Part shown: piece by piece, positions 15,758-30,339 of the stretch
Layout: the number at the start of each line of letters is the position of its first letter
How positions within the stretch are numbered: position 1 is the first letter of the stretch
Assembly: GCA_963747235.1 (NCBI GenBank)
Contig: CAVVEU010000002.1
Span: forward strand, 61,523-125,522
Source of the DNA: an uncultured Candidatus Rokubacteria bacterium
GTDB taxonomy: Bacteria > Methylomirabilota > Methylomirabilia > Rokubacteriales > CSP1-6
Reading direction: 5' to 3'
Length of the DNA: 64,000 bases
The notes under the pieces: model-generated
The model's input: the letters and a program-made list of their open reading frames with translations, nothing else
The model's database searches: none
Told to the model about the DNA's origin: nothing
Program-made: the position numbers and the translations under genes

Positions 15758-16852
15758 ATGGAAGTGCATGTGGATCGTGATGCATTCATGCGCGGACTCC
15801 AGATGGCACACAACGTGGTCGAGCCGCGTCAGACGTTGCCGGTGCTGGCCAACGTGCTGCTCGAGGCTCAGGGTGACTCCCTGAAGGTGACCGCGACCGA
15901 TCTCGAGGTCAGCGTGCGCGTGACCGGGCCCGCCAAGGTGGTCAAGCCCGGGACGATCACGATCTCGGCGCGCAAGCTGATGGAGATCGTCAAGGAGCTG
16001 CCGTCGGCCCCGCTCGCCCTGAAGGTGCAGGAGAACGCCTGGGTCGCGCTTCGGTGCGCGGGCGCGTCGTACCGGCTGGTCGGACTCACGCCGGAGGAGT
16101 TTCCCGCGGTGGGCGATGGGGCGACCACCGGCTGGCTGACGATCGACGGCAAGGTCCTGCGCGACATGCTGGGCCAGACGACCTTCGCGATCTCCCACGA
16201 CGAGAGCCGCTATGCCCTCAACGGGATCCTGTTCGCGGTGCAGGACAAGGAGCTCCGCATGGTGGCCACCGATGGGCATCGGCTGGCCCTGGCGGTCCGC
16301 CAGCTCCCGGGTGCGGGGCCGGCGATGTCGGGGATCGTTCCGCGCAAGGCGGTCCAGGAAGTCGCCCGCATCGTGGGGTCCGGCGAGGAAGTGGAGATCG
16401 CGGTCAGCGACAATCAGTTCATGATCCGCATGCCGAACGTGCTCCTGATGGCACGGCTGATCGAGGGCACGTTCCCGAACTATGAGCAGGTCGTGCCGCG
16501 CGCGCATCCGCACCGGGTGACCCTGTCGCGCGCGGCGCTGACTGCCGCGCTGCGTCGGGTTTCGGTCCTGTCCGAGGAGCGGACGAAGCCGGTGCGGTTC
16601 CTGCTGTCGCCGGGGCAGCTCAAGCTGACCGCGAATAGCCCGGATTACGGCGAAGCCGAGGAGCAGATGGAGGCGCAGTTCGCGGGAGAAGAGATCGCGA
16701 TCGGGTTCAACTCGCGCTACGTGCTCGATGCGCTGAACGCGCAGGGTGGCGAGCAGGTTCTGATCGAGTTGAAGGACGGTTTGAGCCCCGGAGTGTTCAA
16801 AAGCTTCGAGGACGAGGGAACCCTCTGTGTTATCATGCCCATGAGGATTTAA
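15758..16852 (+). CDS. dnaN: DNA polymerase III beta clamp
   Basis: LPVLANVLL, ATDLEV, VATDGHRLA, GTFPNYEQV and VIMPMRI motifs. Confidence 0.97.
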   Translation: MEVHVDRDAFMRGLQMAHNVVEPRQTLPVLANVLLEAQGDSLKVTATDLEVSVRVTGPAKVVKPGTITISARKLMEIVKELPSAPLALKVQENAWVALRCAGASYRLVGLTPEEFPAVGDGATTGWLTIDGKVLRDMLGQTTFAISHDESRYALNGILFAVQDKELRMVATDGHRLALAVRQLPGAGPAMSGIVPRKAVQEVARIVGSGEEVEIAVSDNQFMIRMPNVLLMARLIEGTFPNYEQVVPRAHPHRVTLSRAALTAALRRVSVLSEERTKPVRFLLSPGQLKLTANSPDYGEAEEQMEAQFAGEEIAIGFNSRYVLDALNAQGGEQVLIELKDGLSPGVFKSFEDEGTLCVIMPMRI

Positions 16853-16876
16853 CACCTCTCATGGGAGCGAAAATCG

Positions 16877-20343
<3,467 letters not shown>

Positions 20344-20361
20344 GAGACGCGGAGCCGGTCC

Positions 20362-22809
<2,448 letters not shown>

Positions 22810-22843
22810 GCCCCGCCGGCGTGCCGCGCCGGACGGGGTGACG

Positions 22844-22871
22844 GAGGCCGCGCAGCTGCGGCCTCTTTTTT
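22844..22871 (+). terminator. Rho-independent terminator after gyrA
   Basis: GAGGCCGC-GCAGCT-GCGGCCTC followed by TTTTTT. Confidence 0.75.
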
Positions 22872-22885
22872 GTTATGGTGTCCCT

Positions 22886-22918
22886 CCTCTCCCCTGGGGG
22901 AGAGGGCAGGGTGAGGGG
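22886..22918 (+). repeat. REP-like G-rich repeat, copy 1
   Basis: CCTCTCCCC-T-GGGGGAGAGG hairpin plus GCAGGGTGAGGG tail. The 22-nt core is identical at 34486 and 39475. Confidence 0.75.
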
Positions 22919-22931
22919 TGGAGGTAACACG

Positions 22932-24221
22932 ATGCTCGACATCAAGCTGATCCGAGAAGATCCCGCGGCGGTGGAGCGCGCCCTCGCGACGCGCGGCGCC
23001 CCCGTGTCGCTCGCGCCCGTGCTCGCGGTGGACGCGGAGCGCCGGCGCCTGCTGACCGAGGCCGAGGAGCTCAAGGCCGAGCGCAACCGCGCCTCCGAGG
23101 CCATCGGCCAGGCCAAGCGCCGCGGCGAGGCCGCGCAGGCCGCGACGGCGCTCATGCGCGAGGTCTCCGACCGCATCAAGGCGCTCGACGCGCGGGTCAA
23201 GGAGGCCGACGCGCGCCTCGAGGCGCTGCTGCTGGAGATCCCGAACGTCCCGCACGCGAGCGTGCCGGTGGGGCGCTCGGCCGACGACAACGTGGAGGTG
23301 CGCCGCTGGGGCACGCCGCGGCAGTTCGGGTTCGAGCCGAAGCAGCACTTCGAGCTCGGCGAGGCGCTCGGCCTCCTCGACTTCGATCGCGCGAGCAAGA
23401 TCGCCAAGGCGCGGTTCACCGTCATGTGGGGCGCGGCCGCCCGACTCAGCCGCGCGCTCGCGCAGCTCATGCTCGATCTGCACACGCGCGAGCACGGCTT
23501 CACCGAGGTGTGGGTGCCGCATCTGGTGAACGCGGAGACCATGACCGGGGTCGCCATGCTGCCCAAGTTCGAGGAGCAGATGTTCAAGACGGTGGAGCCG
23601 GACGCGGGCCGCACGCTCTACCTGATCCCGACCGCGGAGGTCGCGCTCACCGCGCTGCACGGCGGCGAGATCCTGCCCGAGGCCGAGCTGCCCCGGCGCT
23701 ACTGCGCCTTCACGCCCTGCTACCGCCGCGAGGCCGGCACTTACGGGCAGGACACCAAGGGCATGATCCGGCAGCACCAGTTCGACAAGGTCGAGATGGT
23801 CAAGCTGGCCGTGCCCGGGCAGTCGTACGACGAGCTCGAAGCAATGGTCGGGAGCGCGGAAGCGGTGCTCCAGCGGCTCGAGCTGCCGTACCGGGTGATG
23901 GCGCTCTGCACCGGCGACATGGGCTTCCACTCCGCCAAGACCTACGACCTGGAGGTCTGGCTGCCGGGGCAGGGGAAGTACCGCGAGATCTCCTCGTGCT
24001 CGAACTGCGAGGCGTATCAGGCGCGGCGGCTCGACATCAAGTACCGGCCCGCGGGCGGCGGTCGGGTGGAGCTCTGCCACACGCTCAACGGCTCCGGGCT
24101 CGCGGTGGGGCGCACGCTGATCGCGGTGCTGGAGAACTACCAGGAGGCCGACGGGTCCATCACGGTGCCGACCGCGCTCCGTCCCTACATGGGGGGCCTC
24201 GAGCGCATCACGGCCCGATAG
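22932..24221 (+). CDS. serS: Serine--tRNA ligase
   Basis: [40 protein letters not shown] and [12 protein letters not shown] motifs. Confidence 0.97.
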   Translation: MLDIKLIREDPAAVERALATRGAPVSLAPVLAVDAERRRLLTEAEELKAERNRASEAIGQAKRRGEAAQAATALMREVSDRIKALDARVKEADARLEALLLEIPNVPHASVPVGRSADDNVEVRRWGTPRQFGFEPKQHFELGEALGLLDFDRASKIAKARFTVMWGAAARLSRALAQLMLDLHTREHGFTEVWVPHLVNAETMTGVAMLPKFEEQMFKTVEPDAGRTLYLIPTAEVALTALHGGEILPEAELPRRYCAFTPCYRREAGTYGQDTKGMIRQHQFDKVEMVKLAVPGQSYDELEAMVGSAEAVLQRLELPYRVMALCTGDMGFHSAKTYDLEVWLPGQGKYREISSCSNCEAYQARRLDIKYRPAGGGRVELCHTLNGSGLAVGRTLIAVLENYQEADGSITVPTALRPYMGGLERITAR

Positions 24222-24231
24222 TCAGCGACGC

Positions 24232-24321
24232 GGAGGGGTGGCCGAGTCCGGTTGAAGGCGCCGGTCTTGAAAACCGGAATCCCGCAAGGGATCGGGGGTT
24301 CGAATCCCTCCCCCTCCGCCA
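24232..24321 (+). tRNA. tRNA-Ser(TGA)
   Basis: GGAGGGG acceptor stem, anticodon arm CCGGT-CTTGAAA-ACCGG, long variable arm, GTTCGAATC and encoded CCA. Confidence 0.95.
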
Positions 24322-24331
24322 TTTTCCGGCT

Positions 24332-26065
24332 TCAGCCGCGGCCCGCGGTCTCCTCGACGGTGGCCGCGCCGTTCGCGTGCGGCGTCACGACCAGGTTCCG
24401 CGCATGGAACGGCCGCAGCGTGCTCCGGTGGCCGACGCTCACCAGGGTGACGCCGGGGAGCCGCTCGCGCAGGAGCGTGTAGAGCCGGACCTCGCTCGCC
24501 TCGTCCAGCGCCGAGGTGGCCTCGTCGAGGAAGAGCCAGGCGGGCTTCTGCACCAGGGCGCGCGCGAAGGCGATGCGCTGCTGCTCGCCCGGGGACAGGG
24601 CGAGCGCCCAGTGGGCGGGCTCGCCGAGCCGCCCGGCCAACGCCGGCAGCCCGACCGCCTCGAGCGCCTCCCGGAGCGCGGCGTCGTCGATGCCGCCCGG
24701 CGGAGTGGGATAGCTGACCACCTCGCGCAGGGTGCCGATCGGCAGGTAGGGCTTCTGAGGCAGGAAGAGCACGCGGCCGTCGCGCGGCAGGCTGATCGCG
24801 CCGGTGCCGAAGGGCCAGATGCCCGCGATGGCGCGGAACAGCGTGCTCTTGCCCACGCCGGACGGGCCGCTGATCAGCGCGGAGTCGCCGGGCCGGAAGT
24901 CGAGCGTCGCGGCCTCGAGGAGCGGCCCGCCGCCGGGGAGCTTCAGGTCCACGCGGTCGAGCGCGAGCGCCTCACCCGCGCCCGGAGTCCGCCGCACGCC
25001 GTCGCGGGCCGCGTCCGCGCGCATCCGCGCGAGCGTCCGCTCGAAGCCCACCAGCCGCTGCACGACGGAGCGCCACTGCGCGATGTCGGTGTAGGCGCTG
25101 ATGATGAACGACAGCGAGTCCTGCACCTGGCCGAACGCGGACGCGACCTGCATGAGGCCGCCCAGCGGCATCTCCCCGCGGAAGTAGCGGGGCGCGGCGA
25201 CCACGAACGGGAAGATGATCGCGGCCTGCCCGTAGCCGGCGGTGAACCAGGTGAGCCGCTTCTGCTGGCGCATGATGGCCCACCAGTTGCCGACCACCTC
25301 GCCGAAGCGATCGCGGAAGCTGCGCAGCTCGTCGGCCTCGCCCCGGTAGAGCGCGACCCCCTCGGCGTTCTCGCGGAAGCGCACGAGGCCGAAGCGGAAA
25401 TCGGCCTCGTAGCGCTGCTGGTCGAAGTTCAGACGCACGAGCGGCCGGCCGATCAGGTTGGTGAGCCACGTGCCGACGATCGCGTAGAGGAGCGCGGCCC
25501 ACACCATGTAGCCGGGGATGGTCCAGCCCGCGCCGACGGGAATGGTGATCGAGCCCGAGAGCCCCCAGAGAATGCCGAGGAAGGCCACGAGGGTCACCAC
25601 CGCGCGCATCCCGCCGATCCCGAGGGTGAGCGTGGCGCCCACGAAGAGCCGCAGATCCTCCGCGATGCGCTGGTCGGGGTTGTCGGTCTCCGAGGCCGTG
25701 AGCTGCATGCGGTAGTAGGCGCCGTCGGCGAGCCAGGCGCCGAGGTAGCGCTCGGTGAGCCAGCGCCGCCACCGGATCTGGAGCATCTGATTGAGGTAGA
25801 TCTGATACACCGCGGCCACGATGAACAGGGCGGCGAGCCAGGTGAACCGGACGAGCTGGCTCCAGAAGACGGCGTAGTCCTTGTCCTGGAGCGCGTTGTA
25901 GAAGGCGTTGTTCCACTGGTTGAGGAGCACGTTGATGTAGACGATGCCCAGGTTGAGCCCGATCACCAGGATGAGGAGGCCGCGCCCGGCCCAGCGGTCC
26001 TCCGAGGACCAGTAGGGACGGACGAGAGTCCAGGTATCGTGCAGCAGTTCGCGCAGGCGAGCCAT
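24332..26065 (-). CDS. Fused ABC permease/ATPase, YddA/BacA(Rv1819c)-like
   Basis: WNNAFYNALQ, DNPDQRIAEDL, EADFRFGLVRFREN, GPSGVGKST, LSPGEQQR and LDEATSALD motifs. Confidence 0.88.
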   Translation of the reverse strand: MARLRELLHDTWTLVRPYWSSEDRWAGRGLLILVIGLNLGIVYINVLLNQWNNAFYNALQDKDYAVFWSQLVRFTWLAALFIVAAVYQIYLNQMLQIRWRRWLTERYLGAWLADGAYYRMQLTASETDNPDQRIAEDLRLFVGATLTLGIGGMRAVVTLVAFLGILWGLSGSITIPVGAGWTIPGYMVWAALLYAIVGTWLTNLIGRPLVRLNFDQQRYEADFRFGLVRFRENAEGVALYRGEADELRSFRDRFGEVVGNWWAIMRQQKRLTWFTAGYGQAAIIFPFVVAAPRYFRGEMPLGGLMQVASAFGQVQDSLSFIISAYTDIAQWRSVVQRLVGFERTLARMRADAARDGVRRTPGAGEALALDRVDLKLPGGGPLLEAATLDFRPGDSALISGPSGVGKSTLFRAIAGIWPFGTGAISLPRDGRVLFLPQKPYLPIGTLREVVSYPTPPGGIDDAALREALEAVGLPALAGRLGEPAHWALALSPGEQQRIAFARALVQKPAWLFLDEATSALDEASEVRLYTLLRERLPGVTLVSVGHRSTLRPFHARNLVVTPHANGAATVEETAGRG

Positions 26066-26165
26066 GTCGAAGGAACCTCCTCGGCCACAGCATAGCCCCG
26101 CCCGCCCGCCCCTTCCCGGTAGTCCGCCCGGCTCGAATGGCATATACTCTGTGGGCTTGACAGTT

Positions 26166-26259
26166 GGAGAGGTGGCCGAGTCGGCCGAAGGCAGCCGCCT
26201 GCTAAGCGGTTATAGGGGCAAAACCTCTATCCCGGGTTCGAATCCCGGCCTCTCCGCCA
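26166..26259 (+). tRNA. tRNA-Ser(GCT)
   Basis: Anticodon loop CTGCTAA, long variable arm, GTTCGAATC and CCA. Confidence 0.95.
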
Positions 26260-26262
26260 TGC

Positions 26263-26339
26263 GCGCCCTTAGCTCAGATGGATAGAGCGTCGGACTACGA
26301 ATCCGAAGGCCAGAGGTTCGATTCCTCTAGGGCGCACCA
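26263..26339 (+). tRNA. tRNA-Arg(ACG)
   Basis: Anticodon arm TCGGA-CTACGAA-TCCGA, T-loop GTTCGATTC and CCA. Confidence 0.95.
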
Positions 26340-26357
26340 TTTCACGACGCATCTTTG

Positions 26358-26397
26358 CCCTATCCTCGACCCGGTGGGGAGAGGGTAGGGCAGAGGG
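26358..26397 (+). repeat. REP-like G-rich repeat, divergent copy 2
   Basis: ...GGGGAGAGGGTAGGGCAGAGGG, a variant of the repeat core. Confidence 0.55.
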
Positions 26398-26430
26398 CGT
26401 CGCCCCCGCCGAGCCCGCCGACCGTACACC

Positions 26431-26880
26431 ATGGATGACGAGCACTGGATGGGCCTGGCCCTCGACGAAGCCGCGCGCGCGGCCCAGGGCGGCGAGGTCC
26501 CGATCGGCGCGGTGGTGGTGCTGGACGGCCGGCTCCTCGCGTCCGGCCACAACACGCCGATCGCCAGCCACGATCCCACCGCGCACGCCGAGATCGTGGC
26601 GCTGCGCGCGGCGGCGCGGGCGGCGGGCAACTACCGGCTGACCGGCGCGACCCTCTACGCCACCATCGAGCCCTGCGTGATGTGCTGCGGGGCGGCGCTG
26701 CACGCGCGCATCGCGCGGCTGGTCTACGGCGCCGACGACGCGAAGGCCGGCGCGGTGCGCAGCGTCTACCGCCTGCTCGACGATGCGCGGCTCAATCACC
26801 ACGTCGAGGTGACCGCCGGCGTGCGCGCGACGGAGTGCGGGGCGCGCCTCAGCGAGTTCTTCCGGGCGAAGCGGGCGTGA
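26431..26880 (+). CDS. tadA: tRNA adenosine(34) deaminase
   Basis: [29 protein letters not shown] and LNHHVEV motifs. Confidence 0.93.
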   Translation: MDDEHWMGLALDEAARAAQGGEVPIGAVVVLDGRLLASGHNTPIASHDPTAHAEIVALRAAARAAGNYRLTGATLYATIEPCVMCCGAALHARIARLVYGADDAKAGAVRSVYRLLDDARLNHHVEVTAGVRATECGARLSEFFRAKRA

Positions 26881-26971
26881 GGGGCACGCTCGGTAGGGAT
26901 GGACTCTCCCGTGCCCAGCGGCTACACTTGGGCACTTGAGATAGGGTGGAAGTGACCGTGACATCAGTCGC

Positions 26972-27063
26972 GGAGGGGTGGCCGAGCCCGGTTGAAGGCG
27001 TCCGACTCGAAATCGGATAGGGGCGCAAGTCCCTCGGGGGTTCAAATCCTCTCCCCTCCGCCA
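26972..27063 (+). tRNA. tRNA-Ser(CGA)
   Basis: Anticodon arm TCCGA-CTCGAAA-TCGGA, long variable arm and CCA. Confidence 0.95.
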
Positions 27064-27100
27064 ATTTAGCGCACCTTCACGAAGTGCCCGACAGTGGCGC

Positions 27101-27190
27101 GGAGGGGTGGCCGAGTGGCCGAAGGTGCGGCACTGGAAATGCCGTGTACGGGCAACTGTACCGTGGGTTCGAATCCCACCCCCTCCGCCA
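27101..27190 (+). tRNA. tRNA-Ser(GGA)
   Basis: Anticodon arm CGGCA-CTGGAAA-TGCCG, long variable arm and CCA. Confidence 0.95.
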
Positions 27191-27210
27191 TTTTTCTCGC
27201 TCACAGCTTG

Positions 27211-27477
27211 GCCGTGCTAGACGGGGAGGTAGCGGTGCCCTGTAACCCGCAATCCGCTATAGCGGGGTTGAATTCCCTCTCGAGGGCCGGTCGTGTCGAA
27301 TGAGCCGTACGGGACGGCGTTGAAGGTTGGGCCCCACGCAACGGGATGCGTCGAACCCCGCCAGGCCCGGAAGGGAGCAACGGTAAGGCGCCCCTCTCGT
27401 GTGCCGTGGGAGTACCTGACCGGAGCAGGTTTCGTGCGGCGATCGCGGTATGGTCGGTTCGATTGAGGGTGCACGGT
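27211..27477 (+). ncRNA. ffs: Signal recognition particle RNA, large (Alu-containing) bacterial type
   Basis: 5' GCCGTGCTAGACGGGGAGGTAGCGGTGCCCTGTAACCCGCAATCCGCTATAGCGGG (Bacillus scRNA-like Alu domain). Helix 8 CCAGGCCCGGAAGGGAGCAAC. 3' GTGCACGGT pairs with the 5' end. Lies upstream of dnaX. Confidence 0.92.
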
Positions 27478-27479
27478 CT

Positions 27480-29254
27480 TTGACTTATCAGGTGCTGGCG
27501 CGGAAGTGGCGGCCGCAGGTCTTCGACGCGGTCGTCGGGCAGGATCCCGTCACGCGCACGCTGCGCAACGCGCTCGCCTCGGGCCGCGTGGCGCACGCCT
27601 ATCTCTTCACCGGTCCGCGCGGCGTCGGCAAGACCACCACCGCGCGCCTCCTGGCCAAGGCGCTGGCGTGCACCGCGCGCACCGGGACCGAGGCCTGCGG
27701 CGCCTGCCCGTCCTGCCTGGACTTCGCCTCGGGCGCGCCGGTGGACGTGATGGAGATCGACGCGGCGTCCAACACGAGCGTGGACGACATCCGGACGCTC
27801 CGCGAGAACGTCAAGTATTCCCCCGCGCGCGGCCGCTTCAAGGTCTACATCGTGGACGAGGTCCACATGCTCTCCGGCGCGGCCTTCAACGCGTTCCTGA
27901 AGACGCTCGAAGAGCCGCCCGCGCACGTGGTCTTCATCCTCGCCACCACCGACCCCAAGAAGATCCCCGCCACCGTGCTCTCGCGCTGCCAGCGCTTCGA
28001 CTTCCGCCCGATCTCGCCCGAGCTCCTGACCGCGAGCCTCACCCGCATCCTCGAGGCGGAGCGCGTGCCCTTCGAGCCGGGCGCGCTGCCGCTGCTCATC
28101 CGCGCCGCCGAGGGCAGCCTGCGGGACGCGCTCTCGCTGCTCGACACCGCGATCGCCTACGGCGAGGGCAAGCTCGACGAGGCGAGCGTGGCCCGGCTGC
28201 TCGGCTCGTCGTCCCCGGTGCACGTGCGCGGCTTCGTGGGCGCCCTGCTCGCGGGCGACGGCGCCGCCGCGCTGGAGGCGGTGGACCGCGCCGCGACCGC
28301 GGGCGAGGACCTGGGCACGCTCTGCCGCGAGGCGGTCGAGATGACGCGCCGCCTGCTCGTGACCAAGGTCGCCCCGGGCGCGCCCTTCGTGGACCTGACG
28401 CCCGCCGAGGCGGCCGAGCTGAAGGCCGTCGCGGAGCCGGTGTCGGCCGACGAGCTGCTCTACGTGCTGCGCGCCTTCCTGGACGCCGACGCCGAGATGC
28501 GCCGCTCGCCGCATCCGCGCGTCGAGCTCGAGATCGCGGCGGTGCGCGCCACGCGGCGCCCGCGGCCGCAGGCCATCGAGACGCTGATCGGCAAGCTCGA
28601 GGAGGCGGAGGCGAGGCTGCGCCAGATGCCGGCCGCCGCGCCGAGCGTGACCGGTCGCCCCGTGGTCGTGCAGGAGACGCTGCTCGACGCGCGCCCGGCC
28701 CCCGCGTCGACACCGCGCGCGCCGGCCCCGGCGCCGCCCGAGCCGTCCCCCGCGCGCCCGTCCAGTCCAGGCCAGCGTCGCCCGCGCCCCCGGCCTCGAG
28801 CGGCAGCAGCCGGTCGGCCGAGGCGGAGCCCCTGATGGAGGCCGCGGCCGCCGACATGGTGGCCACCGAGCCCGCGCTGCCCCCGGCCGCCGGGCTCGAA
28901 GCCGCGTGGGAGCGGGTCGTCACCGAGGTCATGAAGCGCAAGGCGGTGCTGGGCTCGGTGCTCCAGCACGCCACGCCGCTCCGCGTGGAGGACGGCGTGC
29001 TCACGCTGGCGCTCCAGGCCAGCGGCTTCCACCGGGAGATGCTGAACGATCGCGGCAGCAAGGAGCTGATCAACGAGGCCGTGCAGCGCCACGTGGCGTC
29101 GGCGCGGCGCTTCGAGCTCGACGTCAATGGCGGCGCGGTGAGCAGCGGCGGGGGAGCCCGGAACCACCCGGCGGTGCAGGCCGCGCTGAGCGCATTCCAG
29201 GGCGAGGTGGTCGCGGTGCGGCCGCGCAGCCCGGAGGAAGGAGAGTCACGGTGA
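27480..29254 (+). CDS. dnaX: DNA polymerase III subunit gamma/tau (frameshift near 28780)
   Basis: YQVLARKWRPQ, GPRGVGKTT, EIDAASN, DEVHMLS, LKTLEEPP and SRCQRF motifs. Tau C-terminal region (AAWERVVTEV...NHPAVQAALSAFQGEVV) is in a second frame. Confidence 0.93.
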
Positions 29255-29565
29255 AAGGCTTCGGCAACATCATGAAGGAGGCGCAGAAGCTCCAGGCCCA
29301 GATGGAGCAGCTCCAGGCGGAGGCGGGCAAGAAGACGGTGGAGGCCACCGCGGGCGGGGGCATGGTCACGGTGGTGGCGAACGGCAAGCAGGAGATCGTG
29401 TCCATCAAGATCGACCGCGAGGTCATCAATCCCGAGGACGCGCAGATGCTCGAGGATCTCGTGCTGGCCGCGAGCAACGAGGCGCTGCGCAAGTCCAAGG
29501 AGATGGTCCAGGGCGAGATGAGCAAGATCACGGCCGGGCTCAAGATCCCCGGCCTCGGCATGTAA
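29251..29565 (+). CDS. ybaB: YbaB/EbfC nucleoid-associated protein
   Basis: MKEAQKLQAQM, AGGGMVTV and EDLVLAASNEA motifs. Lies between dnaX and recR. Confidence 0.93.
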   Translation: MKGFGNIMKEAQKLQAQMEQLQAEAGKKTVEATAGGGMVTVVANGKQEIVSIKIDREVINPEDAQMLEDLVLAASNEALRKSKEMVQGEMSKITAGLKIPGLGM

Positions 29566-30167
29566 TGGCCTACTACCCGGAGCCGGTGGCGCGCCTCATC
29601 GACGCGCTGCAGCGCCTGCCCGGCATCGGGCCCAAGACGGCCCAGCGGCTCACCTTCTTCCTCCTCAAGCGGCCGGCCCCCGAGGTCGCCGCGCTCGGCG
29701 AGGCGCTGACCCAGCTCAAGCAGCGCATCGTCCACTGCTCGGTGTGCTTCAACGTCACCGAGCTGGATCCCTGCCGCATCTGCGAGGATCCCCAGCGCGA
29801 TCAGCGGACGCTCTGCGTGGTGGAGGAGCCCAACGACCTGCTCGCGCTCGAGCGCACCGGCGAGTTCCGCGGCCGCTACCACGTGCTGCTGGGCGCGCTG
29901 TCGCCGCTCGACGGCATCGGGCCCGAGGATCTGCGAGTGCGCGAGCTGCTGGTCCGGCTGGAGAACGACCAGGTCGAGGAAGTGATCCTGGCCACCAACC
30001 CGAGCGTGGAGGGCGAGGCCACCGCGATCTACCTGGCCAAGCTGCTCAAGCCGTTCGGCATGCGCATCACCCGCATCGCCCGCGGGCTGCCGGTGGGCGG
30101 CGACCTCGAGTACGCCGACGAGGTGACGCTGTCCAAGGCCATGGAGGGGCGGCGCGAGATGGGGTAG
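29565..30167 (+). CDS. recR: Recombination mediator RecR
   Basis: LPGIGPKTAQRL, C4 zinc finger, ATNPSVEGEATA and GGDLEYAD motifs. Confidence 0.97.
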   Translation: MAYYPEPVARLIDALQRLPGIGPKTAQRLTFFLLKRPAPEVAALGEALTQLKQRIVHCSVCFNVTELDPCRICEDPQRDQRTLCVVEEPNDLLALERTGEFRGRYHVLLGALSPLDGIGPEDLRVRELLVRLENDQVEEVILATNPSVEGEATAIYLAKLLKPFGMRITRIARGLPVGGDLEYADEVTLSKAMEGRREMG

Positions 30168-30226
30168 GGAGGCTTGGCGACGGTCGGGGCGTGTGATAAA
30201 ACTGACCCGACGGTTCCCTCCCTGAT

Positions 30227-30301
30227 TCCCCGATAGCTCAATGGTAGAGCATCCGGCTGTTAACCGGAGGGTTGCAGGTTCGAGTCCTGCTCGGGGAGCC
30301 A
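30227..30301 (+). tRNA. tRNA-Asn(GTT)
   Basis: Anticodon arm TCCGG-CTGTTAA-CCGGA, GTTCGAGTC and CCA. Confidence 0.95.
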
Positions 30302-30339
30302 CCCCTTCCGGCCGAGACCCCGATGCTATAATCGGCCCC

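Noticed and set aside
22810-22931. Possible T-box riboswitch upstream of serS
   Set aside because: The leader is too short and has no T-box consensus. It is explained by the gyrA terminator and the REP-like repeat.
26166-27190. Long-variable-arm tRNAs as possible Sec, Pyl or suppressor tRNAs
   Set aside because: The anticodons are ordinary Ser (GCT, CGA, GGA; TGA at 24232) with 7-bp acceptor stems and G73.
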